Below, piece by piece: positions 25,561-38,659 of a DNA stretch of 64,000 nt. A program made the position numbers and the translations under genes. The stretch spans positions 150,350,001 to 150,414,000 of the forward strand of contig NC_042998.1 of the NCBI RefSeq assembly GCF_006345805.1. Direction: 5' to 3'. Below the pieces are notes generated by a model, which saw only the letters and a list, made by a program, of their open reading frames with translations, was not told where the DNA came from and searched no databases. Source of the DNA: Octopus sinensis. Lineage: Eukaryota. The first letter of the stretch is position 1. Each line of letters starts with the position of its first letter.

Positions 25561-25672
25561 GAATTGCAAAAGTCTAGTTATATTTGTGTAATAACGAAAT
25601 CAAACCTGGAGTGTGTGTGTGTGTTTATGTTACAGAGACTGTGTATGTTTATATTAGAGAGACAGTGTGTGT

Positions 25673-25715
<43 letters not shown>

Positions 25716-26595
25716 AGAGAGAACATTGCATACAATGAATGCAATAAACATGAAATGAAAAAATCGTATAAGAAAAAGCTTGTTAAAAACTATCTTGTAC
25801 TGAATATTTAAATTGAAATATTCAACAATAAAAGGAAGTTCAGAAAGTAAATTTTCCTGAAAACTTCAATTTATAAAGAATCACATTTGCTTCGTAAATA
25901 TTTATTTCAGTAATTTATCGTAGTTGTAATACATCTCTAATTTATATAAACTTCAAGGTAACTCAACTACACTTAGCATGCTAGGAATAGTTATTATTGT
26001 AAGGCTTATAGCGTTCCAAATAGCCATACCCACAAAATCACTTCTAATTTTTAAAAAATTACACCGGTATATTAAAAAAAAATAATCCTATCAAAAATAT
26101 TCAACAAACTCTGCAAACATATTATTCTTGGAATTGTGTCTCGTAAGCCCCAAAGTTATACAGCTATTTTGTCTCATAGCATTCATTCATTCAATTTTTT
26201 TTTTTTTACATTACGTATATAAAACAAACTGTGGGTTTTGAAAATGGCGAAATAAAACTTGAAATGAAAACATTGAAATGAATACATATTAAGTTATCAT
26301 TAATGAAAATATAGGCGAGAGACAGTGAGAGACTGTTGCAAATGAAAACGGAAATTTTCGCCTGCAACGAATTAATATCAAACTTTAAAATCTTCTCCGC
26401 AGTGAATGCAACGAATATTTCAATTTGTGAAAAAGATATAGTTCAAATATTCAATAAACTGCAGAAATCGAAATTACAGGAAATTACTTGGAACATGAAT
26501 CTATAAAAGAATTTCCAGACGGTCGAGCCTTCAATTGCTTTCTTTTAGTAACTGTTTTATTCCTAATTAATAAGCAGCTTTCTCCATTATAATAT

Positions 26596-26649
<54 letters not shown>

Positions 26650-27452
26650 GTGTATGGGTTTGTACGTATATATGTATATATACATATATGTATAATATGT
26701 ATGTGTGTATGGGTGTGCGTGTACATACGTACATACATATTTATGCTCATACACATGAACACACACATATGTAAACAATTTATTGGAAACTGAAACTTCA
26801 CAAATCTTTACCCAATGTTTCTTGTTATCGATCTTCGATGAACGAAACATAAAAGTAAGTGGACGATATGCATAGAGAAATGATGCCGAATACCTTAGTG
26901 ACTACTCGTTTGTTCATGTAGAATAAGGATTGACTATGTGATATGTGTTTGGAAAGATCAGTTTGACCCAGGAACAATATATTTTGCTAAGAGAGAATGC
27001 TGGAGAATATTTTTATGTCTATACACTAAATTGTAAAAGGGGTATTTTTAATGACAAGAGCATGAGCGTAAAAATATTAATAGTGCAAGCGAAACTAACT
27101 CGTTGCATAAATGTCTTTCCATGAGTTTCCAATAATTCAAGTCATCTTTAGTAGATAATTGTTTTGGCGTCATGAACTTACAATAAAAAAATAGACTATA
27201 ATATATCGTTGTCTGAAAATGTTGAAAATGTTTCTGGAATTAAAATGGTTAATAGAACTAGCAAAATTATTGAAAGAACTCTTTGCCTTAACTGTGTTTC
27301 TAGTAAATAAATTCGAAAAAACAAAAAGTGATTAAGTTTAAGAATTCTATTTAATATGATGTATACGGATGTTTAAATTAAAAACTGGATTATACCATAA
27401 GATATCTCTTTGACTATTTTTCACATTTGGAAACATTAGCATATAGCATATA

Positions 27453-28741
27453 CAGGGTGGGGAAGCAAAATTTACAATATTTTGAGGCGGGGTTTGAAAG
27501 ATATTGTATGACCAATTTGTTTATTGAAATTCATGAGAATTTATTTGCCACAAGACAATTTACATAATAGAAAATATTTTTATTCTATGTGTTCTCCTTT
27601 CTCAATAACTGCCTTCACACGCTTCCTGAAACTTTCACAGGCGTTCCTCAAATATTCGGGAGACAACTTCTCCCATTCTTCTTTAATAGTATCTTTAAGA
27701 GAGTCGACATTGCTGTGTGATGTTCTATTGGTAGCATGTTCTAAAACGCCCCAAATATCATAATCCAGAGAGTTTAGATCTAGGCTAGAAGGCGGCCATA
27801 AACATGATTCCAAAAAATTGCTAAAGTTGGATTTGCAGAAATCTTGTATTTTTCTAGCTGTGTGGGCTGGAGCACCATCCCGTGTCCATACATAATTACT
27901 ATCTGGGTAAGTTTGCTTTAAGCCATGGCAATACCTCGTATCTCAGAGTCTTGTAGTAAGTATTAACATTGATCTTTTCATCAGCTTTGTAGAATATTAT
28001 AGGCATTTTCTTTCCATCGGAAGCCACAACACCAAAAGCCATAACCTGAACAGGATCTTTTGTTTTGAATGTCCCCTTAACCTCAGCTGTTGATTTTGCG
28101 ATAAATATGTCATTTCTGCTGTTCAGAACAGCATCGACTGTGAAGATCTTTTCATCTGAAAAGATCGTTAAAATGGAGAACTTTTTCTTGAACCATGTAA
28201 TAATTTTCTCGCACCTCTCCAATCTCTTTTCCTTCATAGCTGTTGTCAACAAGTGTTTTGCTGTTCTTGTGTAAGATTTTAACCTCAAATCATATTTTAC
28301 AGCATTTCTAACGGTCTTGTTGTCTACCTCAAATTTAATTGCCATTTTTCTCATGGATTCGATTGGATCCTTTAGGATTTTGGATTTGAGAGCTTTAATA
28401 AAAGCTTTGGTACGTTTTTTGTTGATTGCTCAACTTCCAGACTTCCTCGTAATAGTTTTGCTCATAGTCATTTTATTCTTTACTTTATAAATAGTCTTTA
28501 TGGACACTCCTACTATTTTTTGAAATCTCCTTTGGTGTGACGAGTGCATTCAGAAAATCACACACTCTTTGACTTTTGCTTTTCTGATTACTCATATGGG
28601 CAAAAGTTTCTGAAAAGGTAATGATAATAGTGTTAGGTATGAGTATGACATCAATATATGCTAGGTTTCAAAACAATTGACTTAGTGCCTCCTGAGAAAA
28701 AACAACATAGCGTTCATTGTAAATTTTGCTTCCCCGCCCTG
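27453..28741 (-). mobile_element. Full-length (~1.29 kb) maT-type (DD37D) Tc1/mariner transposon with a frameshifted transposase
   Basis: TIRs cagggtggggaagcaaaatttacaat / attgtaaattttgcttccccgccctg flanked by TA. Motifs FSDEKIFT and RDGAPAH...SLDLNSLDY; I count 37 residues between the second and third Asp. Confidence 0.95.
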
Positions 28742-29256
28742 TATATGTTTAATTTGTTGCTTCGTCATTGAAGTAATGAATGTATCCTCATCTGAAGATA
28801 AGGGGAATATGCGTTTACTAATGTTGGTGACAAATTTCTTATCATAGTGAGGTTCAAATTCATATGTATATAAAATAATCTTTTGTTAGGTTTACACTGA
28901 GAGTAGAATATATATTTGTAAATTGAAAGAGTATTCAAAGTATTAACTGTGCTAAGTTTACTTATTGTCAACATATTTCTTGGAAGAAGTTTATGAAATA
29001 TTTTTAAAATCTATGTACTTCACGATCGTCAGATATATAGACCAAGCTCTATTTTATGGTATCATCCAGATTTTAATTTAAACGTCCTTACATATATATT
29101 TAGAGACTTCTTAGAAGTAATCTTTGTTCATTTTCCCAAAAATATTAGAGATGAGCGACTCCATAATAGAAACACTATTAAGGTAAGCTAATCTCATTCA
29201 AAAATTTTTGCTGCTTCATGAAGTATTTTAATTCCAGAAACCTTTCAAAATCATAG

Positions 29257-29630
29257 GCGCAGGAGTGGCTGTGTGGTAAGTAGCTTGCTAACCAACCACA
29301 TTGTTCCGGGTTCAGTCCCACTGCGTGGCATCTTGGGCAAGTGTCTTCTGCTATAGCCCCGGGCCGACCAATGCCTTGTGAGTGGATTTGGTAGACGGAA
29401 ACTGAAAGAAGCCTGTCGTATATATGTATATATATATGCGTGTGTGTGTTTGTGTTGTCCCACAACGATGCTGGTGTGTTTACGTCGGCAAAAGCGGTTC
29501 GGCAAAAGAGACTAATAAAATAAGTACTGGGCTTACAAAGAATAAGTCCCGGGGTCGATTTGCTCGACTAAAGGCGTTGCTCCAGCATGGCCGCAGTCAA
29601 ATGACTGAAACAAGTAAAAGAGTAAAATAG
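29257..29630 (+). mobile_element. tRNA-derived SINE, well-preserved copy
   Basis: gcgcaggagtggctgtgtggtaag (A box), gggttcagtccc (B box), microsatellite spacer, tail ending gaaacaagtaaaaga. Confidence 0.9.
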
Positions 29631-29849
29631 TATTCCCCAACATATAACTGCATCACTCTAAGCAACTTTTCTCTAAACAGAAATTGTCCCCTAAATAGTT
29701 TTCTTTCGAAGCACTAACCTTTTGTAGAGAATACCTCCAAGAATTTTATCGACTTGGTGGAGAATTGCTTTAAAGTTAGCTTTTATCAACATATTTCAGA
29801 AGAAACCAGATCAGTGGCGTTTAAAATTCAGTGGTTATTTTTCGGCCAT

Positions 29850-31150
29850 AATGGGTCAGTAGTGGGTCAGTTTCCCATGAGATTCAAGGAAAAGCATTTG
29901 GTCAGCAGTTAGGGATGTTATCTTTCCCATGTGATTTCTATTTGTTGGATTTTCTCAGTGTAGACTTGTGACCTTCAACAGAGACATCTTTCCATATTTA
30001 CAATTTAATATTCACGGTTTCTGACTTGTTGATGAATCCGGGGAATATTACGATTGTGTTGTTTAGGGTGCGACCGGATCGATGTCCAAAACTTTTGTAC
30101 TTCTCCATTGGTAGGTGTAGTTTTTATATTTATATTAGCTTTTGTAATTTTCCTATAAAAACTTTTAAGATTGTTTCAAAACATAAGTCAAATATTTTTT
30201 TCGAGTCTCCTTTTCCGTGCCGCTTTGGCTTGGATGATTTCCTTATCTTTTTCAATTGCTTCGTCAATTTCACTTTTTCTTTTCTTTTTTTGTCAGTTTC
30301 GGCATTTTGACCTGTTTTTACTCTTGATATTTTTGAATGGTTCAAGAGCAGATCTAAGTATACTAATTTTATTTATAATTCTTTCATGCCACACTGGTTT
30401 CCTGTTTATATTCCAAGTCTTTTTCTTTATTTGATTACTACATTATGCAATAGTTATTGAAGCTGCTGCATAAAGTAGATTATTTAGCGAAGTGAGATGA
30501 AAATTATAACTACATTTACTTTGCCTATTAATCCGCCATTTTGTTTTGAGTTGTGAATTTTGGGAAGATCATTGTGATCTCTCTGTCTGGTGTGTTTGAC
30601 CTTCAGCCACTCTGATAGAATTTTTGCTTTTAGCTTGTCAAGTTCAGAGTTTGTTTCCTCTTCCACTATAAATTAAATCAGTGCCAGGGACAATTTCATT
30701 GATAACCTCGCTTTGGGTATTTGTCATGCTAGGTTCTACTTCCACCATGGGAGCATGTTTTGTATCGTTATTTGCGTTATTACTTGTATGACTATTGACC
30801 TAAATATACAATTGAATCAAGGTCAGTCAACAGCAATTTCTTTATGATGTTCCTGCGATCATTAGCTAATTTATTGGCGTCCGTGTTCGGTACTTCCTCC
30901 AGTTTAAGTATGTTTGTTCGGTATTCGACCTTCTAGTTGGAAAACACATTTCAGTACTATAGGCCGCAAGTACTTCCTTGTTTTCTTCCCTAGTCCATTT
31001 TGCCTTGTTTTAACTGTACAAGGTGAAAAAGGTGTGCTCGATGGCCATTGTTGGGAGTTATCCGGTCAATGGAGGTCTTCATGCCTATGTTATTGGAAGG
31101 AATCAAACAACCAGAAAACATTTTGACCCACATTTGGTTTGACTCTGAAA
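29850..31150 (-). mobile_element. R4/Dong-like LINE, 5' (N-terminal) portion, decayed
   Basis: KWTREENKEV...DANKLANDRRNIIKK, NLLYAAA, KPVWHERIINKISILR, FWTSIRSHPKQHN. Confidence 0.75.
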
Positions 31151-31244
31151 GTTCTCTCTTTTTTTTTTATTCCGGGTGTCGATTGACACACTGTCCATTT
31201 TCTTTAATAAGTATGTTTAATATTACTGAGCAGTGACCTTATTG

Positions 31245-31505
31245 CCAAGGGGATGGGCTTGGTGGTCAGCGTGTCGCATTCGGGATTGTAAGACCATGGT
31301 TTCAATTCCTACTCAGGTTCTTGTGTAAATCACTTCAACACTTCATCTAATGTTGCTCTGCTATCAATTCGATACCTGACGCGCGGTACACCGTGTACCT
31401 GTTCAGGCAACGCCAATTTGATGGAAGGAGTGAGGCAATGTACGGCACATACATTTGATCACTAGAAACGAATTATTTGTGCAAATCGTTCAGCAAAAGG
31501 TGAAT
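31245..31505 (+). mobile_element. Degenerate tRNA-head SINE of a different family
   Basis: gggcttggtggtcagcgtgtcgc...ggtttcaattcc head; non-coding body. Confidence 0.5.
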
Positions 31506-31519
31506 GCCCACGCGTCGTC

Positions 31520-31615
31520 TTCGACGAAAGAGTCCATCATCGTCATAATCATCATCATCATTATTATTGTTATTGTTAGCATTATCCTCATCATCATCAT
31601 CATCATTATCATCAA

Positions 31616-31675
<60 letters not shown>

Positions 31676-31720
31676 CATCATCATTATTATTATCATTATT
31701 AATATCATTATTATCATTAT
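31520..31720. repeat. (ATT/ATC)n trinucleotide array
   Basis: Direct reading. Confidence 0.95.
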
Positions 31721-31734
31721 TTTGGTTTAGCTCA

Positions 31735-32945
31735 GGTTCGGTCTTATTACTGGTAGGATTTATGTGCGTAGCAGGTTACTACTTGTAACCTTAGGTATCC
31801 ACAAGTTTTCAGCTGTCATTTTAATTGCGCCTTCTTTAACCAAGCCCAGTGACTCTCCAAAATTGGCCATGTAGAGGTTTTTCTTCTATCTGTCAGACGT
31901 ACTCTCTTTGTATTTAAATTCTTATCCTTTCCTTCTATTCCGCGCTTGATCACCTGACCTTTATTCAGTCTTTAGTAGTCTTTCTGTGTTGTTCTGTAAA
32001 TACTCTGCTAGACTTTTACTTTCCATCTGTTCACATTCTTCTACTACCATTAAACCTCTTCCACCTTGGTTTCTCCTCAAATACTGCCGGTTGATATCAG
32101 CTTTCGGATTGTGGGCTCCATACATCGTCAACAACTTTCTAGTTTTTTCTGTCAAGTTTCTTTCTTTATTTAATTTCTGGTCCAGTCTATTATTCCAACT
32201 CTACATCTGATTAAGAGTACTGCTCTTGAATTTATTGCTTCAACAAGATTTTCTGAATTCAGCTTTGACTGCAATAATTCTATTCTCCTTGTTTACCCTC
32301 TACTGGTAATTTGTTTCATTTCTTCATTTTTTATTTCGTCTACCTCCAATATTCCCTTAAGCACTTATACCACTGTCCATTCTCAACCGCTCTCATTGTT
32401 TGCCCAATTGTTTGTTATTTCAATTCCCTGATTCTTTCAAATCTCCCTCGTTTCATTTTCAATACAGCGCGCTTTTCTATCCCAAATTTCATACCTAAGT
32501 CATTTGAGAAAATGCAGATGTACAAGACTTTCAAGCTGTTTCTTATTTTTTCATAAACTTTTATATCCTCCGTGAAAAGGAGATGCTTTACCTGACCATT
32601 TCCTTTTCCCAAAACGTTAGCAATTTTAACTTTTCGTAGTATCATAGTTAGCGGTGTGATGGCAATACGAACAGTAATGGAGATAAGCTATCACCTTGGA
32701 AAATTCCATTTCTAATGTTCCGTTTTCCGAGGCTTTGATTCCTCCAATCAATTCAGTATTCCAATATTTCATACTTTCATTAAGCATTCTCTCCATGTTC
32801 TTTTCTATTCCAAACATGGTCTTTGTTTTACTTATCCAACGGTATGATACCATGTAATCTACCCATGCTACATTAATTCCTGTCAATCTGCATCTACAAT
32901 TTTTAATTATCATTTTATCAGCTAATGCATGGAGCCCATCATCCA
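31735..32945 (-). mobile_element. R4/Dong-like LINE RT/thumb and 3' end, decayed
   Basis: GDSLSPLLFVL, KHLLFTEDIKVY, FSNDLGMKFGIEK, RKLLTMYGAHNPKADINRQYLRRNQGGRGL, EKPLHGQFWR; the 3' end runs into (AAT)n. Confidence 0.88.
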
Positions 32946-33069
32946 TATGCAGACTTTAATCGCCTATACAGAAAAAGAGCAAATGGAGGAAGGAGACTGA
33001 TAAGTATGGAAGACTGCGTGTGTACCGGATTCGAGAACTTAATGAGATACCTATCCCAATATAAGGAAA

Positions 33070-34300
33070 CCTTTATAGTGACAGTTAGATATTGAAAGCA
33101 GTTTAGGCAGGAGGAAAATGCTCCTGAGAACGAAGTACAAAAATGCCTTGGACGCATGTGGGAACAAAAGACCCACATCGCCCGAGGTAAGAGGTTTTGA
33201 ACTATTGAGGTGAGATTTGGGATGAAAGAAGGAGCTAGATGTAATTCCAAAATAACTTTGAGGAATTACAACTTTTTTTTAATCCCCAGCTATCGCAGCT
33301 AACGTCTTGCCAAGATTAGGGTGCTGAATGTGCCTCCAGGAATATCCATTACCTGGTTAGTGGCGGCCGTCTAGGCAGGTTTAGAAGAAGATGAAGTCAC
33401 AATATTTGAGGTCAAGAAATTACCAAAGCAAAATTAGTTAAAGCTATGGAACTGACCTTGCAATGCAAGCAGGACCATATCAAGCAGCTGCCCGATCTAA
33501 TCACTCTCCCAGATGTTACCCACATGTTAGTGTTCATGGAGGGTAAAGAGTCAAGATGCCACACATGTGGATCTGTAAATCACTTAAAGGCTTTATGCCC
33601 TGAAACAAGAAAAAATAAAGTCCCGCTTGCTGCCAACATTACAAGCACCACATGTCAAAATCATAAACAAGTGCTCAAGATGCCTACACTCACTCGCACA
33701 CCCACGTTCACAACCACTCCCAAACCAAGACAAAGAAGGAGTCTACCCCAGATTACCACAGCAAAGCAAGTTTCTTCTGAATGTTCTTCCTCCCAAACCA
33801 ACGTCAACTGCAATGACATAGAAAAAGAAGAGCTGAACTATCAATAGATCACAGCAGCGAAAGTGAGTAAGCGAAAGAGGAGGAGAATGCGCCCTACTCC
33901 AAGAAATCAACGGAAACGTATTCTGAAATCACAACTGCAACACAATTCACAACCACTCCAACAAAAACAAGAACAAGATCAACAACTTCCAAACAGCAAC
34001 GTCATCAACACCAGCATGGAATCACAGAAACAACCAATTACAGAACTTCAAAGCTATTCTTCAGTCTATAGACGAAATATATCCATCAATTTCACTGTTG
34101 TGAACAAGTGCAACAGTGAATTGATGGATTTTGTAAATCAAAATAAAAACAGTATAAAGACAGGGGGAAAGGAATTTGAGGAATTCGTCCTCAAGACCTG
34201 CAAGGACATACCTTTAATTAAAACATCATTAAACTTTTACAAAACTATAATAGAAAATATCGCAGATAGTGTGAGGAATTTTTTTAAAAATCTGTTGATA
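33070..34300 (+). pseudogene. Gag-like/ORF1-like remnant of a retroelement with a CCHC knuckle
   Basis: ORF 33446-33847 contains LVFMEGKESRCHTCGSVNHLKALCP (CX2CX4HX4C at 33557-33598), followed by low-complexity sequence. Confidence 0.55.
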
Positions 34301-34304
34301 AAAG

Positions 34305-34379
34305 CTTCTACTTTAGCCTCAGGCCGACCAAAGCCTTGTGAGTGGATTTGGTAGACGGAAACTGAAAGAAACCTGTCAG

Positions 34380-34411
<32 letters not shown>

Positions 34412-34622
34412 GTATGTGTTTCTGTGTCTGTGTTTGTCCCCCGTAACATCGCTTGACAACCGAGGCTGGTGTGTTTACGTCCCCGTATCTTAGCAGTTCG
34501 GCAGAAGTGACCGATAGAATAAGTACTAGGCTTACAAAGAATAAGTTCTGGGGTCGATTTCGTCGACTAAAGGCGCTTCTCCTGCATGTCTGCAGTCAAA
34601 TGACTGAGACAAATAAAAGAAT
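34305..34622 (+). mobile_element. 5'-truncated tRNA-derived SINE
   Basis: ggccgaccaaagccttgtgagtggatttggtagacggaaactg plus tail, same family as 29257. Confidence 0.85.
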
Positions 34623-34976
34623 ATATATATAGTTCAAAAACATCGTATGAACAATCCGTTATGTTCATTTTCTTCATGTAATCTTATGATAAAACTAAAT
34701 TCAGATTCATAAGAAGTGATGCTAGTAACATAACATGAACGACAATACACATAGGGTTCTAAAACTGCTTTTGTCGTTTATTGAGAGATATATTAGACAA
34801 AAGCGACAGGTTAGTTCCTGACGCTTTTCTCTAAAACGTATTTTGAGCGCTAACAGGTTATTAGTATCGCAGTGGATTTGGGAATATGAATATGTGTGTA
34901 AGTATGTGTGTGTGTACACGCGTATATGTATGCATATATATTATTATATGCATAGTAAGAGAGGTACATACATACA

Positions 34977-35177
<201 letters not shown>

Positions 35178-35455
35178 TTATAATAGAATAATTACTGTGA
35201 AGTATTGTGTAGAATATATTGTATAAAAGATCGTAGAAATTGACGAATGTTGCCGATATGCACATCGCCAACATTCGTCAATTTCTTGAAAATGGTGTCA
35301 TAACCCCGAAATATTGAATACAATACATTAGTCTACATTAATTCACATTAATTCACATAAATTACATTTCTTGTAATTTACCTTGCATTTATTTCGTATT
35401 GTTTTGGCCTTACCTACGATCTTTTATACTATATATATGTATATACATATATGTG

Positions 35456-35514
<59 letters not shown>

Positions 35515-35518
<4 letters not shown>

Positions 35519-35980
35519 TTGTTATCGCCATATTAATATGGCAGTCTTATAGATATAAGACTAAAAGCTGTCGCTGATTAGCTCCATGAGGCCATCGCCT
35601 TAAGATAGCTATTTGACACACAAACTGTGTCCATTATAACCTTCGAACAAGACTTAGTAATTTTAATATTTCTATTATTGAAAACAAGTGGATGTATTCC
35701 ACCGAAACTAGGTAAATAAAACCTTCGAACAGAGACGATCAGTGGCGACACCTGCTGGGTTAACTATGCTACATTGACAAAGGGCAAATACCCTGAAACG
35801 CGTCTGTAGCTGTCTGACTAGCAGTGTGAAGCGGCTGACCTCCCCTGTTCGAAGGTTATAATGGACACAGTTTGTGTGTCAAATAGCTATCTTAAGGCGA
35901 TGGGCTCATGGAGCTAATCAGCGACTGCTTTTAGTCTTATATCTATAAAACTGCCATATTAATATGGCGATAACAATTAA
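35515..35980. mobile_element. Fold-back element: ~135-bp near-perfect inverted repeats around a ~195-bp core
   Basis: 35515-35649 (ttaattgttatcgccatattaatatggcag...ccttcgaaca) is the reverse complement of 35846-35980. Confidence 0.9.
35768..35809 (+). ncRNA. Type I hammerhead ribozyme candidate with a U3-A8 variant core
   Basis: GCTACA-TTGACAA-GGG-CAAATA-CCCT-GAAA-C-GC-GTC-TGTAGC: 6-bp stem I, stem II, self-complementary ACGCGT stem III, GUC site. Confidence 0.6.
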
Positions 35981-35986
35981 ATAAAT

Positions 35987-36210
35987 GCGCCCTTTTAAAG
36001 CCTAGCCAATCTCACGGGACCGGTTTCCCGGTTTCAATGGTGTATGTGTTCCCCAGCTGGACGGGACGCCAATCCATTGCAGCGTTACTCATTTTTGCCA
36101 GGTGCGTGGAGTGGAGCAACGTGAAATGAAGTGTCGCTCGGTCCAGGAATCGAAAACACAATCTTACGATGATGATGCTGACACCCTAACCACTAAGCCA
36201 CGCGCTTCCG
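35987..36210 (-). mobile_element. tRNA-head SINE with a V/Meta-domain-like core
   Basis: Reverse complement: gcgcgtggcttagtggttagggtg...ttcgattcctgg head and atggattggcgtcccgtccag...gaaaccggga core. Confidence 0.65.
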
Positions 36211-36222
36211 CGTGTATGATTA

Positions 36223-36351
<129 letters not shown>

Positions 36352-36462
36352 ATGTAGGTCCCGGGTTGATTCGGGGTTAACCACAGTAAATAAGGTACTC
36401 AATACATAGTAGAGTAAAATTAAGCTCCTTCTATATAATAAATAAATATATATATATATATC

Positions 36463-36496
<34 letters not shown>

Positions 36497-36498
36497 AT

Positions 36499-36540
<42 letters not shown>

Positions 36541-36589
36541 TATACATACATATATATATGTATATGTGTATATATACACGTATATATAC

Positions 36590-36860
36590 TCTTTTACTTT
36601 CTTTTCTTTTATTTGTTTGTCATTTGACTGCGGCCATACTGGAGCACAGCACGTGATGCCAAATGCTGGAGCACTACATTTAGTCGAAGAAATCGACCCC
36701 AAAACTTATTTTTTGTAAGTCTGATACATATTCTATCGGTCTCTTTTGCCGAACAGCTAACTTACGGGGACGTAACCACACCAGCATTGGATGTCAAGCT
36801 ATGGTGGGGAACTATGTGGTTGGTAAGCAAACTACTTACCACACTTCCATCTCTGCGCGT
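36590..36860 (-). mobile_element. tRNA-derived SINE with an internal deletion
   Basis: Reverse complement of the tail and head of the 29257 family. Confidence 0.8.
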
Positions 36861-36888
36861 ATATGATAGTATTTACACACACACACGC

Positions 36889-36984
<96 letters not shown>

Positions 36985-37683
36985 TATATATATGCATGTA
37001 TATATATTTTTATATACATACGTGCACAACATCCCACTTGTTTAAAAAATAAATGCTAAGCTTAATCTAACATTAATCAAAGGGCAGAACTTTTCTCTTG
37101 CGACATCTGTGCTGTATGCAAATGTATGTCTTTTTTTATGAATATGTATATATGCAATAAGTACATATAGACATATACACACATACATACATACATAAAT
37201 AGTACATACATGCATGTATACGTGTGTGTGTATGTGTGTGTTTGTGTGCACATGTGTCTGTGTATGTATATAATATACATACATACATGCATACATACAT
37301 AAATACATACATACATACATACATACATACATACATACATACATAATGTGTTTGGTTTTGGCCAATTCATTAAGGAGTTCGCTTTCAACTGGTATCTGGA
37401 GCTAATGTTATTTACCTTGTACTCGACTCTTGAAATGCGAACGAAATTGATGAAACGGAAACTATAGCGAAGCCCTTCGAATACACTGATCCTTTAATTC
37501 AGAAGTCCAGCCTTGTCTCACCCATGAATATCGTGTAAGCTGATTCTTGCGGTAAGGGTACATGTGTCAGTAGAGTATTCAGCCACTCACACTGAGAAGG
37601 TAGTTTGCTTGATTGAACAAATTGAGGTACTCATGATCGAAACCACCTTTGGATCTATTTGCATTATATGTATTATGTATGTT

Positions 37684-37752
<69 letters not shown>

Positions 37753-37843
37753 CATACATATATATATATATATATATAAATATAAATATATATACACATA
37801 CACACACATATATATATAATAATATATATATATATATATATTA

Positions 37844-37893
<50 letters not shown>

Positions 37894-38659
37894 TATATCA
37901 GTGTGCCTATTTGAGCTAGTGGTGCAAGTGTAGACAGACTTACATTGATATACATATTCATGAAGCGTATCCGTTTAAAATAACTGATGCAGACAAGAAG
38001 ATTAGGTGAGATTATTTGTAAAGAAACCAAATAGGATAATTACAGTATATATTAGCGCTACTTCATACCTGCAGTTGCTGTTGTTTAAAGACCACCTTGA
38101 GAAGGTCAATGGGAGGCCTACTTAGCCCTGTCTGGTCGACCGTAAACACTTGGTGACAATGCATTTGGTTTATTTTTTTTCTGTTCATTTTTTTGTCTTT
38201 CATTTCGCTAACGTTTCTCTAATGTGGTCTCACCTCCGAGAATTTGATCTCAGACTTATAAAATCATGCAAAATTCTCTCTCGATTCTTCGCTGGGAGAG
38301 TAGTATGGCATATGACGCGCAAATGTCAGTGCTCACTATTGTTAATGGTGGTGGTGGTGGTGGTGGTGGTGGTGGTGGTGGCGGTGGTGGTGGAAGGTGG
38401 TGGTGCTGGTGCCGGTCCTTGGTGTTTGACCATAGGCTGTCCCTTATTTGGTGTGAGTAACAATAGAATATATACACATTTTTGTCTGCAGTTTCAGCTC
38501 AGAGCTGCGGCCATGCTGATGCACCGCCGTTATATCAAAATTGTTCTTATCAGCGGGAAAATATTCATACAGAATAAAACTCAGTCGTATATATTTACTA
38601 CATTCGAACCCAGATACACATACACACAGATACATATACATACACCCGTATGCATGTAT

